Below are positions 1-8,612 of a DNA stretch of 41,603 nucleotides, in pieces. A program made the position numbers and the translations under genes. Source of the stretch: Actinomycetota bacterium (GTDB taxonomy: Bacteria; Actinomycetota; UBA4738; HRBIN12); the NCBI GenBank assembly GCA_035461565.1, contig DATHVC010000265.1, positions 1 through 41,603 of the forward strand, given 5' to 3'. Within the stretch, counting starts at the first letter, position 1. Each line of letters opens with the position of its first letter. The notes under the pieces are model-generated. The model worked only from the letters and a program-made list of their open reading frames with translations. It had not been told where the DNA came from and did no database searches.

Positions 1-717
1 GACGTGCGGTCCCCCGAGCCGACGCCCACGCCGACCGGACCGCAGGGCCTTCCGTCCGCCCCCGGGCCGGACGTCCAAGTGCCCGACGACGCGCCAAGGG
101 CCATCTCCGACCCGGAGGAGCTCGCCCTGATCCCGGAGGACCTCCCCGCGCTCCTCGAGGGAGCGGGCAGCATCCGGGTCTTCGTTCCCCCGGGTGCCGA
201 CGTGACGGATGGGGCCGTATTCACCCGCCCCGACGACCCGATCGACGTCGTCGCTCTCACGTGGCGGCGGGGCGACGACTTCTTCCGCCCGGAGACGGGC
301 TTCGTCATGTGGCAACGGTTCGACGACGATCCGCCCTGGCGGATCGTCTACGCGTTCACGAACCCGCCGCGGCGGGAAGTCCTCGGCATCCGCGTCTCGA
401 GCGGGGACGTCACGGCGGACGACGCCCCCGAGCTGGTGACGTTCGAGGAGACCGGCGGCACCGGATCCTGCGGCACCTGGCGAGTGCTGGCCGTCGCGGA
501 GGGAGGCGCCGAGCAGATCTATCGCCGGCAGACGTGTGACGCGGCGCTGCACGTCCGGGCCGGATTCCTCGAGCTGCAGCAGGCGGTGTACGGCCCGGAC
601 GATCCCCACTGCTGCCCTAGAGGCCACCGCTTCACGACGCTCGAGTGGGACGGCAACCGGTTCGTCCGGACCGACACCCGGTTCGAGGAGCAGCCGGACC
701 CGGACGACGAGGGGTGA
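1..717 (+). CDS. hypothetical protein, 5'-partial (open to window edge)
   Basis: The frame is open from base 1 and stops at TGA 715-717. Codon position 3 is consistently G/C. The composition is acidic and Pro-rich with several Cys (GSCGTW, QTCD, HCCPRGH). No domain recognised by eye. Confidence 0.6.
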   Translation, partial: DVRSPEPTPTPTGPQGLPSAPGPDVQVPDDAPRAISDPEELALIPEDLPALLEGAGSIRVFVPPGADVTDGAVFTRPDDPIDVVALTWRRGDDFFRPETGFVMWQRFDDDPPWRIVYAFTNPPRREVLGIRVSSGDVTADDAPELVTFEETGGTGSCGTWRVLAVAEGGAEQIYRRQTCDAALHVRAGFLELQQAVYGPDDPHCCPRGHRFTTLEWDGNRFVRTDTRFEEQPDPDDEG

Positions 718-721
718 ACAC

Positions 722-737
722 CGCGCCTCCGGGCGCG
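722..737. terminator. short GC hairpin between convergent genes (possible bidirectional terminator)
   Basis: cgcgcc (722-727), loop tccg, then ggcgcg (732-737). It lies in the 25-nt gap between the stop at 717 (+) and the sbcC stop at 743 (-). There is no U-tract. Confidence 0.3.
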
Positions 738-742
738 ATCGC

Positions 743-3322
743 TCACCGCACCACCCGGAGGGAGCTGCCGCGCGGGGACTTCTCGATCTCGACGCGCGCC
801 GGCAGTCGGATGGCGAGCTCCTGGACGTGAGTGATGACGCCGACCAGGCGTCCGTCTCCGCCGAGCTGTTCGATGGCCTCCACGACCACCTCGAGCGACT
901 CCGGGTCGAGCGTGCCGAACCCCTCGTCAAGGAACAGCGAGTCCAGCCTCGCCTTCTCGGTCACGGCGAGCGAACGTACCTGCTCCGAGAGCGCGAGGGC
1001 CAGGGCAAGCGACGCCAGGAACGTTTCGCCGCCAGAGAGGGTCCGGGCGCTCCGGCGTTCCTCCCCGTTCCACGTGTCGACGACGGAGAACTCGTCGTCG
1101 GCGTATTCGAGGCGGTACCGCCCCTGCGACAACGCAGACAGGCGTTCGGATCCGGCCGTCGCGAGCACCTGGAGCGCCTCCACCTGGAGGAACGCGATGA
1201 GCCGGTCCTGGCGAAGCTCTCGGCCGAGCGCGTCGAAGACCTCGCCACGCGAGCGGGCCTCGGCGATCTGCTCGACGATCGCCTCGGCGTTCGCGAGCTT
1301 CTCGGCGGCGGCCGCGGCTCGATCGGCGGCCGTCGCGGCCTGACGCGCCGCGGCGGTCCGGGCGCTCGAGGCGAGCTCGAGGACCTCCGCCACCGTGGCG
1401 CCGACGACGTCGGCGTCCACGAGCCCGTCCAGGTGCCCGGCGGCCTCGAGCGCAGCCTCCCGTTCGCCGGCACGGCGCGCCGAGGAGGCCGCGGCCACCG
1501 TCTCGGCCGATCGTTCGAGCAGCGCCACGAGCCCGCGGGCCCAGGTCGCCAGTGCATCCGCACCTCCTTTGGCACCGAGCGGCGGCGGCGGGTCCTCGAT
1601 GCCGTCGGCAAGCCCCCGGGCGCGGTCGAGCAGGCCCGCCACGGCGAGCCCACCGATGGTGCCGCGGGCCTCCGCCACCTCCTCCGCCAGCGAGTCCCGC
1701 TCCCGCTCGGTGTCGGCGAGCCTTCGCCGGGCCTCCTCGAGCTCCTCCTGCGCCTCACCGAGCGCGGCCTCGAGCTCCTCGAGCCGCTCCAGCCGCTCGT
1801 CGATCGCGGCCAGGGGGTCCCCCGGCGGCGTGGCTCCGAGAGCGCCGGCCAGCTCGGCTTCGAGGCGTGCCGACCGGGTCCGCGCCTTCGTCGCCGCCTT
1901 GGCGCACCGTTTGGCCTCCTGCTCGGCGGCCTCGACCGCCGAGACCGCTCGGTCGCGGGCGCGTTGCGCATCGGCCAGCGCCGTCTGCGCCTGCTGGGCA
2001 GAGGTGGTGGCCCGGTCGAGCGCGGCCCGCGCCTTCTCGAGCGGGAGCGCCCGGGGGACCCGGGGGAGCGCCTGGATCTTCGCGCCGCAGACGGGACAGT
2101 CGTCGCCCTCGCGCACGCCGGCGCGCACCGCGGCGACGAGGTCGGCGTGTTGTGCCTCGTCGAACCCCGACTGCGCCCCCTCGAAGGTCTCGATCGCCGT
2201 ATCGGCATCGGCCACGGCGGCGGTCACGCGCTCCTCGGCAGCCGCCGACGCGGCCCGGAGCGCCGGGATCGCCCCCTCCGCGGCCGCGAGCTCCTCCTCG
2301 GCCTCGGCAAGCGCGTCCCGGGCATCGAGCAGCCGCTCCGCAGCCGCCCGCAGGGCCACGAGATCCACGGTCCGGCCCCACGCAGCCTCCGCCTTCTCGC
2401 GGGCGGCGAGGGCCTTCGCGGCCGAACGCTCCCGGGCGGAGACGTCGTTCTTTCGCTCGGCCACCGATGTGGCGATCGAGGCCGAACGAGCCTGGAGGTC
2501 CTCGAGCACGCCGGCCACCTCGGCCCCGACCGACCCGGCCTCGCGCAGGTCTCGTTCGCATGCCTCCAGGTCGGCGATCAACCTGGCGCTCTCGGCCCAG
2601 CGATCGTGGATCTCCCGCACCGACGCCTCGGCCGCGGCGAGGGCTTCTTCCCGATGGGCGGCGGCCTTTGCGGCGGCCTCGGCCTCGGCCACGACGTCCG
2701 GGGACACGCCCGCGTATTCGGTCTCGAGCACCGACGTCTTCGCCCGGACGTCCGCTTCGGCCTGCCGCTTGGCCTCACCCGCTCGTTTCGCCAGCCGTTC
2801 GAACAGCTCGAGCCCCAGCAGGTCGGTGAGGATGTCGCGGCGCTGCCGCGCCTCCCCGACCAGGAACTCGGCGAACCGCCCCTGCGGCAGCAGGACCGTC
2901 CGGGTGAATGCCTCGTAGTCCAGGCCGACGGCGTGTTCGATCATCCGGTTGACCGGCCCCACGCGGTCGGCCCCTTCGCCGGCCTGGACCCAGCCGTCCC
3001 CCTCGGCCCGCTCCAGCAACACCTGCGTGACGCCTTTGGCCGACGTCCGGCGCGCCACGCGGAATCGCGCGTCGCCCACCGCGAACTCGAAGATCACCGC
3101 CATGGTCGGCTGCCCCTGGCTGATCAGTTGGTGCAATCCCTGTTTGCCGATGCGCTCGACCCGGCCGTAGAGCGCGTAGGTCATGGCGTCCAGGATCGAG
3201 GACTTGCCCGAGCCGGTGGGTCCGCTGATTGCGAACAGATCGAGCTCGTTGCCGTCGAAGTCGATCTCGTGACGGTCTCGGTACGCGGTGAAGCTCTTCA
3301 TCTCGAGCCGGATCGGTCTCAT
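743..3322 (-). CDS. sbcC: SbcC / Rad50-family DSB-repair ATPase
   Basis: N-terminal Walker A GPTGSGKSS. Long Ala/Glu/Arg-rich coiled coil with a central CPVC zinc hook (DDCPVCGAKI). C-terminal signature LSGGETF and Walker B LFLDEGFGTLD. The ATG overlaps the sbcD stop (ATGA at 3319-3322). Confidence 0.93.
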   Translation of the reverse strand: MRPIRLEMKSFTAYRDRHEIDFDGNELDLFAISGPTGSGKSSILDAMTYALYGRVERIGKQGLHQLISQGQPTMAVIFEFAVGDARFRVARRTSAKGVTQVLLERAEGDGWVQAGEGADRVGPVNRMIEHAVGLDYEAFTRTVLLPQGRFAEFLVGEARQRRDILTDLLGLELFERLAKRAGEAKRQAEADVRAKTSVLETEYAGVSPDVVAEAEAAAKAAAHREEALAAAEASVREIHDRWAESARLIADLEACERDLREAGSVGAEVAGVLEDLQARSASIATSVAERKNDVSARERSAAKALAAREKAEAAWGRTVDLVALRAAAERLLDARDALAEAEEELAAAEGAIPALRAASAAAEERVTAAVADADTAIETFEGAQSGFDEAQHADLVAAVRAGVREGDDCPVCGAKIQALPRVPRALPLEKARAALDRATTSAQQAQTALADAQRARDRAVSAVEAAEQEAKRCAKAATKARTRSARLEAELAGALGATPPGDPLAAIDERLERLEELEAALGEAQEELEEARRRLADTERERDSLAEEVAEARGTIGGLAVAGLLDRARGLADGIEDPPPPLGAKGGADALATWARGLVALLERSAETVAAASSARRAGEREAALEAAGHLDGLVDADVVGATVAEVLELASSARTAAARQAATAADRAAAAAEKLANAEAIVEQIAEARSRGEVFDALGRELRQDRLIAFLQVEALQVLATAGSERLSALSQGRYRLEYADDEFSVVDTWNGEERRSARTLSGGETFLASLALALALSEQVRSLAVTEKARLDSLFLDEGFGTLDPESLEVVVEAIEQLGGDGRLVGVITHVQELAIRLPARVEIEKSPRGSSLRVVR

Positions 3323-4491
3323 GCGACACCCTCCGTCTCGAGCTCGAGCACCTCGTCGAATGCCTCCAGCAGCGTCTCCGGCGGCGGCGCGCCGTGTTGG
3401 GCTTCGTGATAGGCGACGAACTGGTCGCGCGGGGCGAGCGAGGAGAGCGGCTCCCCCCCGCCCCCGTCTCCCTCGGCCCGCTCGTACACGAGGTGCACAT
3501 CGAGCGCGTTCGGGAGGTCGTCGCGGATACGGTCGGCGATGCCCGGCACCGGCCCGTCGGTCTCGACGAACACGCGGAGCCAGGCCTGGCCCGCCGCCGC
3601 CCCCTGCGCCAGGAGCTCGTCGAGCGTCCCGCGCAGGTCCTTCAACTGCCGGCCGCTCGACAGCGGCACCTCGTTCACCCTGGCCGGTTTGCCCGGAGCC
3701 GCGTCCACGATCGCGACGCTCTTGCGTTGCCCGGCCTCGCCGAAGTCGAGCTGGAGGAGCGACCCCGCGAACCGGGCCGGCGCGGCCGACCCCTTCACGG
3801 CCTGCGGCAGGTGCACGTGGCCCAGAGCGACGTACGCGGCCTCGCCCGGGAGGCGCGAGGGCGGGACGGCGTAGGCGATGCCGATGGTGAGCTCGCGCTC
3901 GCCGCCGCCCGGGGTGACGAGGGCGCCGTCGGTGAACAGGTGGGCGAGCACGATGGGGATCCTCCCAGGCGTGAACCCGGAGGCCATGGCGCCCAGCAGC
4001 TCGCCCATCCCCTGCGCGTAGCCCTGGTACCAGGCCTGGCCGGCGTCGAACAGCGCCGCCGCGTCGCCGAAGCGGCGCTCGGGCACGAAAGGGATCGCCG
4101 CGATCTCGGCCTCCTCGGCGCCGTCGCGGCTCGGGACGACGACCACGCCTCCGGCGTCGGGCCGCGCCACCTTGGGCACGATCTCGATGCCCAGTGGTCG
4201 CAGGACTTTTCCGAAGGCCTCCAGCCGCAGCGGCGAGTCGTGGTTGCCCGGGATGGCGACCACCCGGATCCCGGCGTCGTGCAGCCGCAGGAACGCCTCG
4301 AACACGACGGCGTCGGCCTCGGGCGCCGGGGCGCGGTGTTCGTACACGTCGCCGGCGAGGAGCACGCAGTCGACCCCTTCGTCGACGGCGATGCCCACCA
4401 CCTCGTCAAGCGCTGCGGAGAACTCCTCGGCCCGCGACCGCCCGCGGATGGCCTTGCCGACGTGCCAGTCGCCGGTGTGCAGGAACCGCAC
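3319..4491 (-). CDS. sbcD: SbcD / Mre11-family nuclease
   Basis: Calcineurin-like phosphoesterase motifs are present: HTGDWHVG, LLAGDVYEH, IPGNHDS, LGHVH. I prefer GTG at 4491-4489 (VRFLHTGDWH) to the longer Arg-rich ORF start at 4566. This GTG shares one base with the herA TAG stop (TAGTG). Confidence 0.9.
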   Translation of the reverse strand: MRFLHTGDWHVGKAIRGRSRAEEFSAALDEVVGIAVDEGVDCVLLAGDVYEHRAPAPEADAVVFEAFLRLHDAGIRVVAIPGNHDSPLRLEAFGKVLRPLGIEIVPKVARPDAGGVVVVPSRDGAEEAEIAAIPFVPERRFGDAAALFDAGQAWYQGYAQGMGELLGAMASGFTPGRIPIVLAHLFTDGALVTPGGGERELTIGIAYAVPPSRLPGEAAYVALGHVHLPQAVKGSAAPARFAGSLLQLDFGEAGQRKSVAIVDAAPGKPARVNEVPLSSGRQLKDLRGTLDELLAQGAAAGQAWLRVFVETDGPVPGIADRIRDDLPNALDVHLVYERAEGDGGGGEPLSSLAPRDQFVAYHEAQHGAPPPETLLEAFDEVLELETEGVA

Positions 4492-6182
4492 TACTCGCCC
4501 TCGAAGCGGTCGAACACCGCGACGCCTTCCCCGGCCGGCTCGGCCTCGTCGGCACGGGTGGCCCACGACGGGAACGGGAAGCGGATCTGGAGCGGCACCG
4601 GGATGTGCGGCTGCTGAAGGATCATCGACCCCGGTTTCAGGATGGACGCGCGGGCCCGCGTGACGGCCGGGAGGAACCCGTATTCACTGCGCGAGGCCTC
4701 GGCCGTGTCGAGCCGGCCCACCACCCGGAACGCGCTGTTCGAGATGACCCGGCGTTCGACCTCGGAGGCGGTCTGCTCGGCGCCAACGAGGATCATGCCC
4801 AGCGACCGGCCGCGTTCGGCCACGTCGAGCAGGACCTCCTTGATGGGGCTCCAGCCGTCCCGCGGCGCGTAGCGGTTCAGCTCGTCCAGCACCAGGAACG
4901 CCAGCGGCTCCCGCCGGCCCATCCGCTCCTTGTGCTCGAACAGGCGCTTGATCACCACGCCGGTCACGAACCGCTTCGCCCGGTCGTGCAGGTTGTGGAT
5001 GTCCACCACCGTGACCTGGTTTGCCCCCCAGTCGACCCGGTGGCGCTCGGGATGTTCGGCCTCCCGCCCGACGATGAGGTGGCCCATGCGGAACCGCGCG
5101 GCGTCCAGGCGTCGCACGAACGCGCTGACGGTGGCGTCGCTCACCCGTCCGCGCCACGGGGAGCCGTCGGTGTCCACCTCGGTCGAGACGAGGTCGCACA
5201 GGTCGCCGAAGGTCTCCACCGGCGCGCCACCGACGGTCACGGTGGCGTCGTTCTCGGGATCGTCCTCGCACTCGCGGTCCAGCGCGGCCTCGACCCGGGC
5301 CACGAGATCCGCGATCTGCGACCGCTCGTCGTCGGCTTCGGCGAACATGAAGCGCAGATAGCGCTCGCGAACGAACTCCCGCACGGTCCAGCAGTAGGCC
5401 GTGACGCCTTCGGAGCGGCCCTCGACCTGGGGGATGGCCTTGCCGCCCGCGTCGGGCCGGATGGGCGCCCACAATCCGACGCTCTCGAACGGCCCCGCCG
5501 GCAACCCGAGCCGCGCGTAATCTTCGCGGTCCTCCTCGGTCAACCGGGCGTTCGGCCGGTCGAGCCACATCAAATCCTCGCCCTTGACGTTGAACACGAG
5601 CGCCTTCGTGTTCGCCGCGTACCGCCCGAGCACGTCCGAGTGGAACAGCGCATAGAGGAGGAACAGCGCGTAGGTCGTTTTGGTGGCCACGCCCGAGATC
5701 CCGCTGATGTTCACGTGGGCGCCGCGGGAACCGTCCAGGAAGTCCAGGTCGAGGAACACCGGCTCGCCGTCGCGCGTGAGCCCGGCGGCAACCCGTCGCT
5801 CCATCTGGTCGAAGTACAGGGCCTCGTCCCGGTCCTTGCCGCGGGCCCGCACCGCCGACAGGCCCGGCATCGGCGGAACGAAGATCTCGGGCTCGAACCG
5901 GGTGGCCACCACCTGCGCGGCCACGGCCGTGTCGACGGGAAGCACCCCGCGATCGACCAGGAACACGTCCGTGTCGAACTGCGCCCCCTCATGGCGCGCT
6001 CGGACGTCCTGCACGATGCCAGAGATCCGGAGCGGCCCGCGCCCCGGCACCTCGGTCTCGACGATCACGGCGTCGTCGAGCTGGAGGTACGCGTCGGGGG
6101 CCACCCCCACCCAGAACGCCAGCGGCGTGGCATCCTCCGTGCCGAGGACCATGCCGACGGGTTCGGAGGTCTCCTCGATCAC
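4491..6182 (-). CDS. herA: HerA-like FtsK/HerA-superfamily ATPase (HAS-barrel + P-loop)
   Basis: Only the C-terminal 563 aa of the 914-aa track ORF look like protein. The start is GTG 6182-6180, overlapping the nurA stop (GTGA). There is an N-terminal HAS-barrel-like segment (VGMVLGTEDATPLAFWVGV...LDDAVIVE), a P-loop region GISGVATKTT, a Walker B LAFLVLDELNRYAP, and MILVGAEQTASEV. Confidence 0.8.
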   Translation of the reverse strand: MIEETSEPVGMVLGTEDATPLAFWVGVAPDAYLQLDDAVIVETEVPGRGPLRISGIVQDVRARHEGAQFDTDVFLVDRGVLPVDTAVAAQVVATRFEPEIFVPPMPGLSAVRARGKDRDEALYFDQMERRVAAGLTRDGEPVFLDLDFLDGSRGAHVNISGISGVATKTTYALFLLYALFHSDVLGRYAANTKALVFNVKGEDLMWLDRPNARLTEEDREDYARLGLPAGPFESVGLWAPIRPDAGGKAIPQVEGRSEGVTAYCWTVREFVRERYLRFMFAEADDERSQIADLVARVEAALDRECEDDPENDATVTVGGAPVETFGDLCDLVSTEVDTDGSPWRGRVSDATVSAFVRRLDAARFRMGHLIVGREAEHPERHRVDWGANQVTVVDIHNLHDRAKRFVTGVVIKRLFEHKERMGRREPLAFLVLDELNRYAPRDGWSPIKEVLLDVAERGRSLGMILVGAEQTASEVERRVISNSAFRVVGRLDTAEASRSEYGFLPAVTRARASILKPGSMILQQPHIPVPLQIRFPFPSWATRADEAEPAGEGVAVFDRFEGE

Positions 6183-7138
6183 GCCGCGACCCCATCGCTC
6201 AGCCAGGCGAGCAGCGCCCGGCGGATCACGGCCCGATGGCCCATCCGGTGCTGGAGCCAGGTCTCGAGCCCGCCGACCGGCGCCAGGTTCTGCGGATACC
6301 TGGGGTCGGTGCGGCGGCCCGCGAACCTCGGCAACAACGCGGTCACGCGGTCGGCGAGCGCCCGGGCCGGCTCGAGCCCCACGCCGGCACGAACCTCGCA
6401 CCGCACGAGCCCGGCGTGATCGTGCCAGGCCGCGCGAGAAGGGACCAGCCGCAGGTACCACGCATACCGCTCGAGGCGGTGCCCTTCGTACGCCAGCGCG
6501 AACAGCGGGGTCCGCTCCCCCGGCGCGAGCCGCGGGAGCAGGGCGTCGTGGGCGTCGTCCAGGTAGGCGCGCGCGAAGCGCTTCACCACGCCGACCACCG
6601 GCGAGGCCGTCTCCTCGGGCAGGCTCTTCAGCGGACCGTCGGCGAGCACGAGGCAGTCGGAGCCGGCCGCGATGGCGGCTGCGAGCACCGCCTCCTCGTC
6701 GCGCATCTTCGACTGGAGGCTGAAGAGCGGAGCGTCCGGATCGGTGCCGGCCTCGCTGCGGGGCTCGTACCGGAGCCGATGGTGACCGGCGTCGATCTCG
6801 ACCCGCCGCGGGCGCATCCCGCCGCCGACGATCACGGAACGGCCGACGGCATGGTCGGCGAACGCCGCGCCGCCGTCGCACCGAACCGCCCCGACCGCCC
6901 ACGACCCGAACAACCCGGGGGCTCGCCGGCCATCGTCTTCCGCGAGCACCCGGAGCTCGACGCGGCGAACGCCGTCCACGAACCACACGAGACCCGAGCC
7001 GGCGTCGACCGGCGAGAGCGGCCGGCTCCAGTCGTCGGTCTCGACGGCGGGATCCGCGCTCGCCGGGGTCTCGTCGAGCCGGGCCTCGAAGCCCATGCCG
7101 TGATCCGGCGTCCACGGATCGGCGCGGAGCGCAACCAC
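6179..7138 (-). CDS. nurA: NurA-like nuclease
   Basis: Acidic motifs typical of the NurA domain are present (VWFVDGVRR near the N-terminus, LVLADGPLK in the middle). The gene sits directly upstream of herA and is coupled to it. Assignment is by motif and synteny only. GTG start at 7138. Confidence 0.65.
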   Translation of the reverse strand: MVALRADPWTPDHGMGFEARLDETPASADPAVETDDWSRPLSPVDAGSGLVWFVDGVRRVELRVLAEDDGRRAPGLFGSWAVGAVRCDGGAAFADHAVGRSVIVGGGMRPRRVEIDAGHHRLRYEPRSEAGTDPDAPLFSLQSKMRDEEAVLAAAIAAGSDCLVLADGPLKSLPEETASPVVGVVKRFARAYLDDAHDALLPRLAPGERTPLFALAYEGHRLERYAWYLRLVPSRAAWHDHAGLVRCEVRAGVGLEPARALADRVTALLPRFAGRRTDPRYPQNLAPVGGLETWLQHRMGHRAVIRRALLAWLSDGVAA

Positions 7139-7350
7139 GGCCGAAGGGTACCGGACGTTCCCGACGCCTCGGGACAGGCGCTGGAAACGGGACGCTCACC
7201 TGCGTTGATCGCCGTCCGCCGTCCCGGCTGGTCAATCCGGGCCATTTCCCCCATCGGGGGGACTACGCCTCCCGTGCGGTGACGCCGATACGAGGGCGTG
7301 ACACCACCGCAGGACGCTGCACGCCCCGGCTCGATGGGGGACGAACGTTG

Positions 7351-8595
7351 ATGGCATGGCTGGCGCGTCGGGAGCGACGCCCCGTCTGGGGGATCCTCGC
7401 CGCGCTGCTCGTGGCCGCCATCGCCGCAGGCGCGTGGTTCGCGGTTCGCGCTCGCGCCGACGCCACATCCGCGGCGTCGGCCCGCGCCGAGCTCATCGCG
7501 CGGACCGAGCTCGCGCCGCTCCTGCTCCAACGGGATCTCGGCTCGCCGATCACGGGCGATCGCGCCGGGCAGCTCTCCGCCGCGATCGGCGAGTCGATCG
7601 TGGCCGACGGCCCGGTGGACGGCGTCCGGCTGTTCTCCCCGCTGGGGCGGATCCTCTACGCCGCGCAGACGGAGGTGATCGGCACGCGGCCGTCGTACCT
7701 GCGGGACCTCACCTTCCGGGTGGCCGGCGGGGATCCACAGACCCTCGTGCGGAGCGGCAAGCTCCTGACCTACGTCCCGGTGTGGCTCACGCCCGACGGT
7801 CCGGTCGTCGTGGCCGAGCTGTCGCAGCCGCTCGGCCCGATCGTGTCGGAGGCCACCGGTCCGTGGGCCCGGTACGGGGCGGTGGCCGGCGTCCTGCTGC
7901 TCGGGTGTCTCGCCATGGTGGCGGTGACCACCCGGGCGCCCGCCCGTCGAGCGGCGCCGACGCCGCTGTACGCGCCGACCCTTCGACGCGTGCTCGACCA
8001 CCCCACGAGCCGGGACGCCGATCCTCGGCGCCCGGCGCTTCACGCCCTCGAGGATCAGCGCGAGGCGGCGGAGCGGAAGGTCCGAATCGTCGAGGAGAAC
8101 TTCCACGCCGTGCAGAAGCGCCTGAAGGAAGCGCTGGCACAGGTCCAGGAGCTCGAGACCAGGCTGGCCGTGACGGAGAAGGACCACGACACGAACGACC
8201 GCGACCTGCCCGCCATGCACGACCAGGTCCGCCTCCAGGCGCAACGGCTCCACGAGGCGGACCTCGAGAACAACGCCCTGCGCCAGCGGATGGCGCTGCG
8301 CCAGCGGGAGCTCGACGAGTCTCGCCGGATGCTCCAGGAGATGCGTCTCGGCTCCTTCGCCGAGATGCGCGCCCGGCTGGAGGCGGCCGACGCCCGCGTC
8401 GATTCGATGGAGCGACACGTCCGGCGGCTCGAGATGGAGGTGGCGTCCGCACGGGCCTCGCTCGACATGGACCGGCGGTCGGACGCGCTCCGCGGCGTGG
8501 ACGAAGAAGACGTCGAGATCGAAGAGGTGGACGAGCTCTTCGAGCACCCGGTGATCTTCCGGAACGTGACCAACGAGACGACGCCCAGAAGGTGA
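7351..8595 (+). CDS. bitopic/two-TM membrane protein with long cytoplasmic coiled coil
   Basis: ATG at 7351 (MAWLARRERRPVWGILAALLVAAIAAGAWFAV = TM1). An extracytoplasmic segment of about 150 aa follows, then TM2 (YGAVAGVLLLGCLAMVAVTT). The rest is heptad-like Glu/Arg/Leu-rich sequence with an acidic tail. It is divergent from nurA. Confidence 0.75.
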   Translation: MAWLARRERRPVWGILAALLVAAIAAGAWFAVRARADATSAASARAELIARTELAPLLLQRDLGSPITGDRAGQLSAAIGESIVADGPVDGVRLFSPLGRILYAAQTEVIGTRPSYLRDLTFRVAGGDPQTLVRSGKLLTYVPVWLTPDGPVVVAELSQPLGPIVSEATGPWARYGAVAGVLLLGCLAMVAVTTRAPARRAAPTPLYAPTLRRVLDHPTSRDADPRRPALHALEDQREAAERKVRIVEENFHAVQKRLKEALAQVQELETRLAVTEKDHDTNDRDLPAMHDQVRLQAQRLHEADLENNALRQRMALRQRELDESRRMLQEMRLGSFAEMRARLEAADARVDSMERHVRRLEMEVASARASLDMDRRSDALRGVDEEDVEIEEVDELFEHPVIFRNVTNETTPRR

Positions 8596-8612
8596 GGTGA
8601 GCGGGGTGGCAG

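Noticed and set aside
536-3409. 957-aa plus-strand ORF, and several 400-500-aa ORFs in other frames, covering the sbcC region
   Set aside because: These are antisense or off-frame to a gene with unambiguous SbcC/Rad50 motifs. The translations are Arg/Gly/Leu/Pro-rich low-complexity sequence, which is typical of spurious open frames in DNA above 70% GC.
6183-7235. N-terminal ~350 aa of the 914-aa ORF 4491-7235 (would make a giant HerA)
   Set aside because: This part is Arg/Gly/Pro junk and overlaps the well-behaved NurA-like ORF in another frame. The protein-like sequence begins exactly at GTG 6182, which overlaps the nurA stop.
7139-7350. Searched the nurA upstream region for an SOS box (GAAC-N4-GTTC) or a RecA-NDp-type promoter
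   Set aside because: Only partial resemblances were found (for example gaacgttg near 7343, and TGTCCC...TACCCT with the wrong spacing). Nothing I could defend without a matrix scan.
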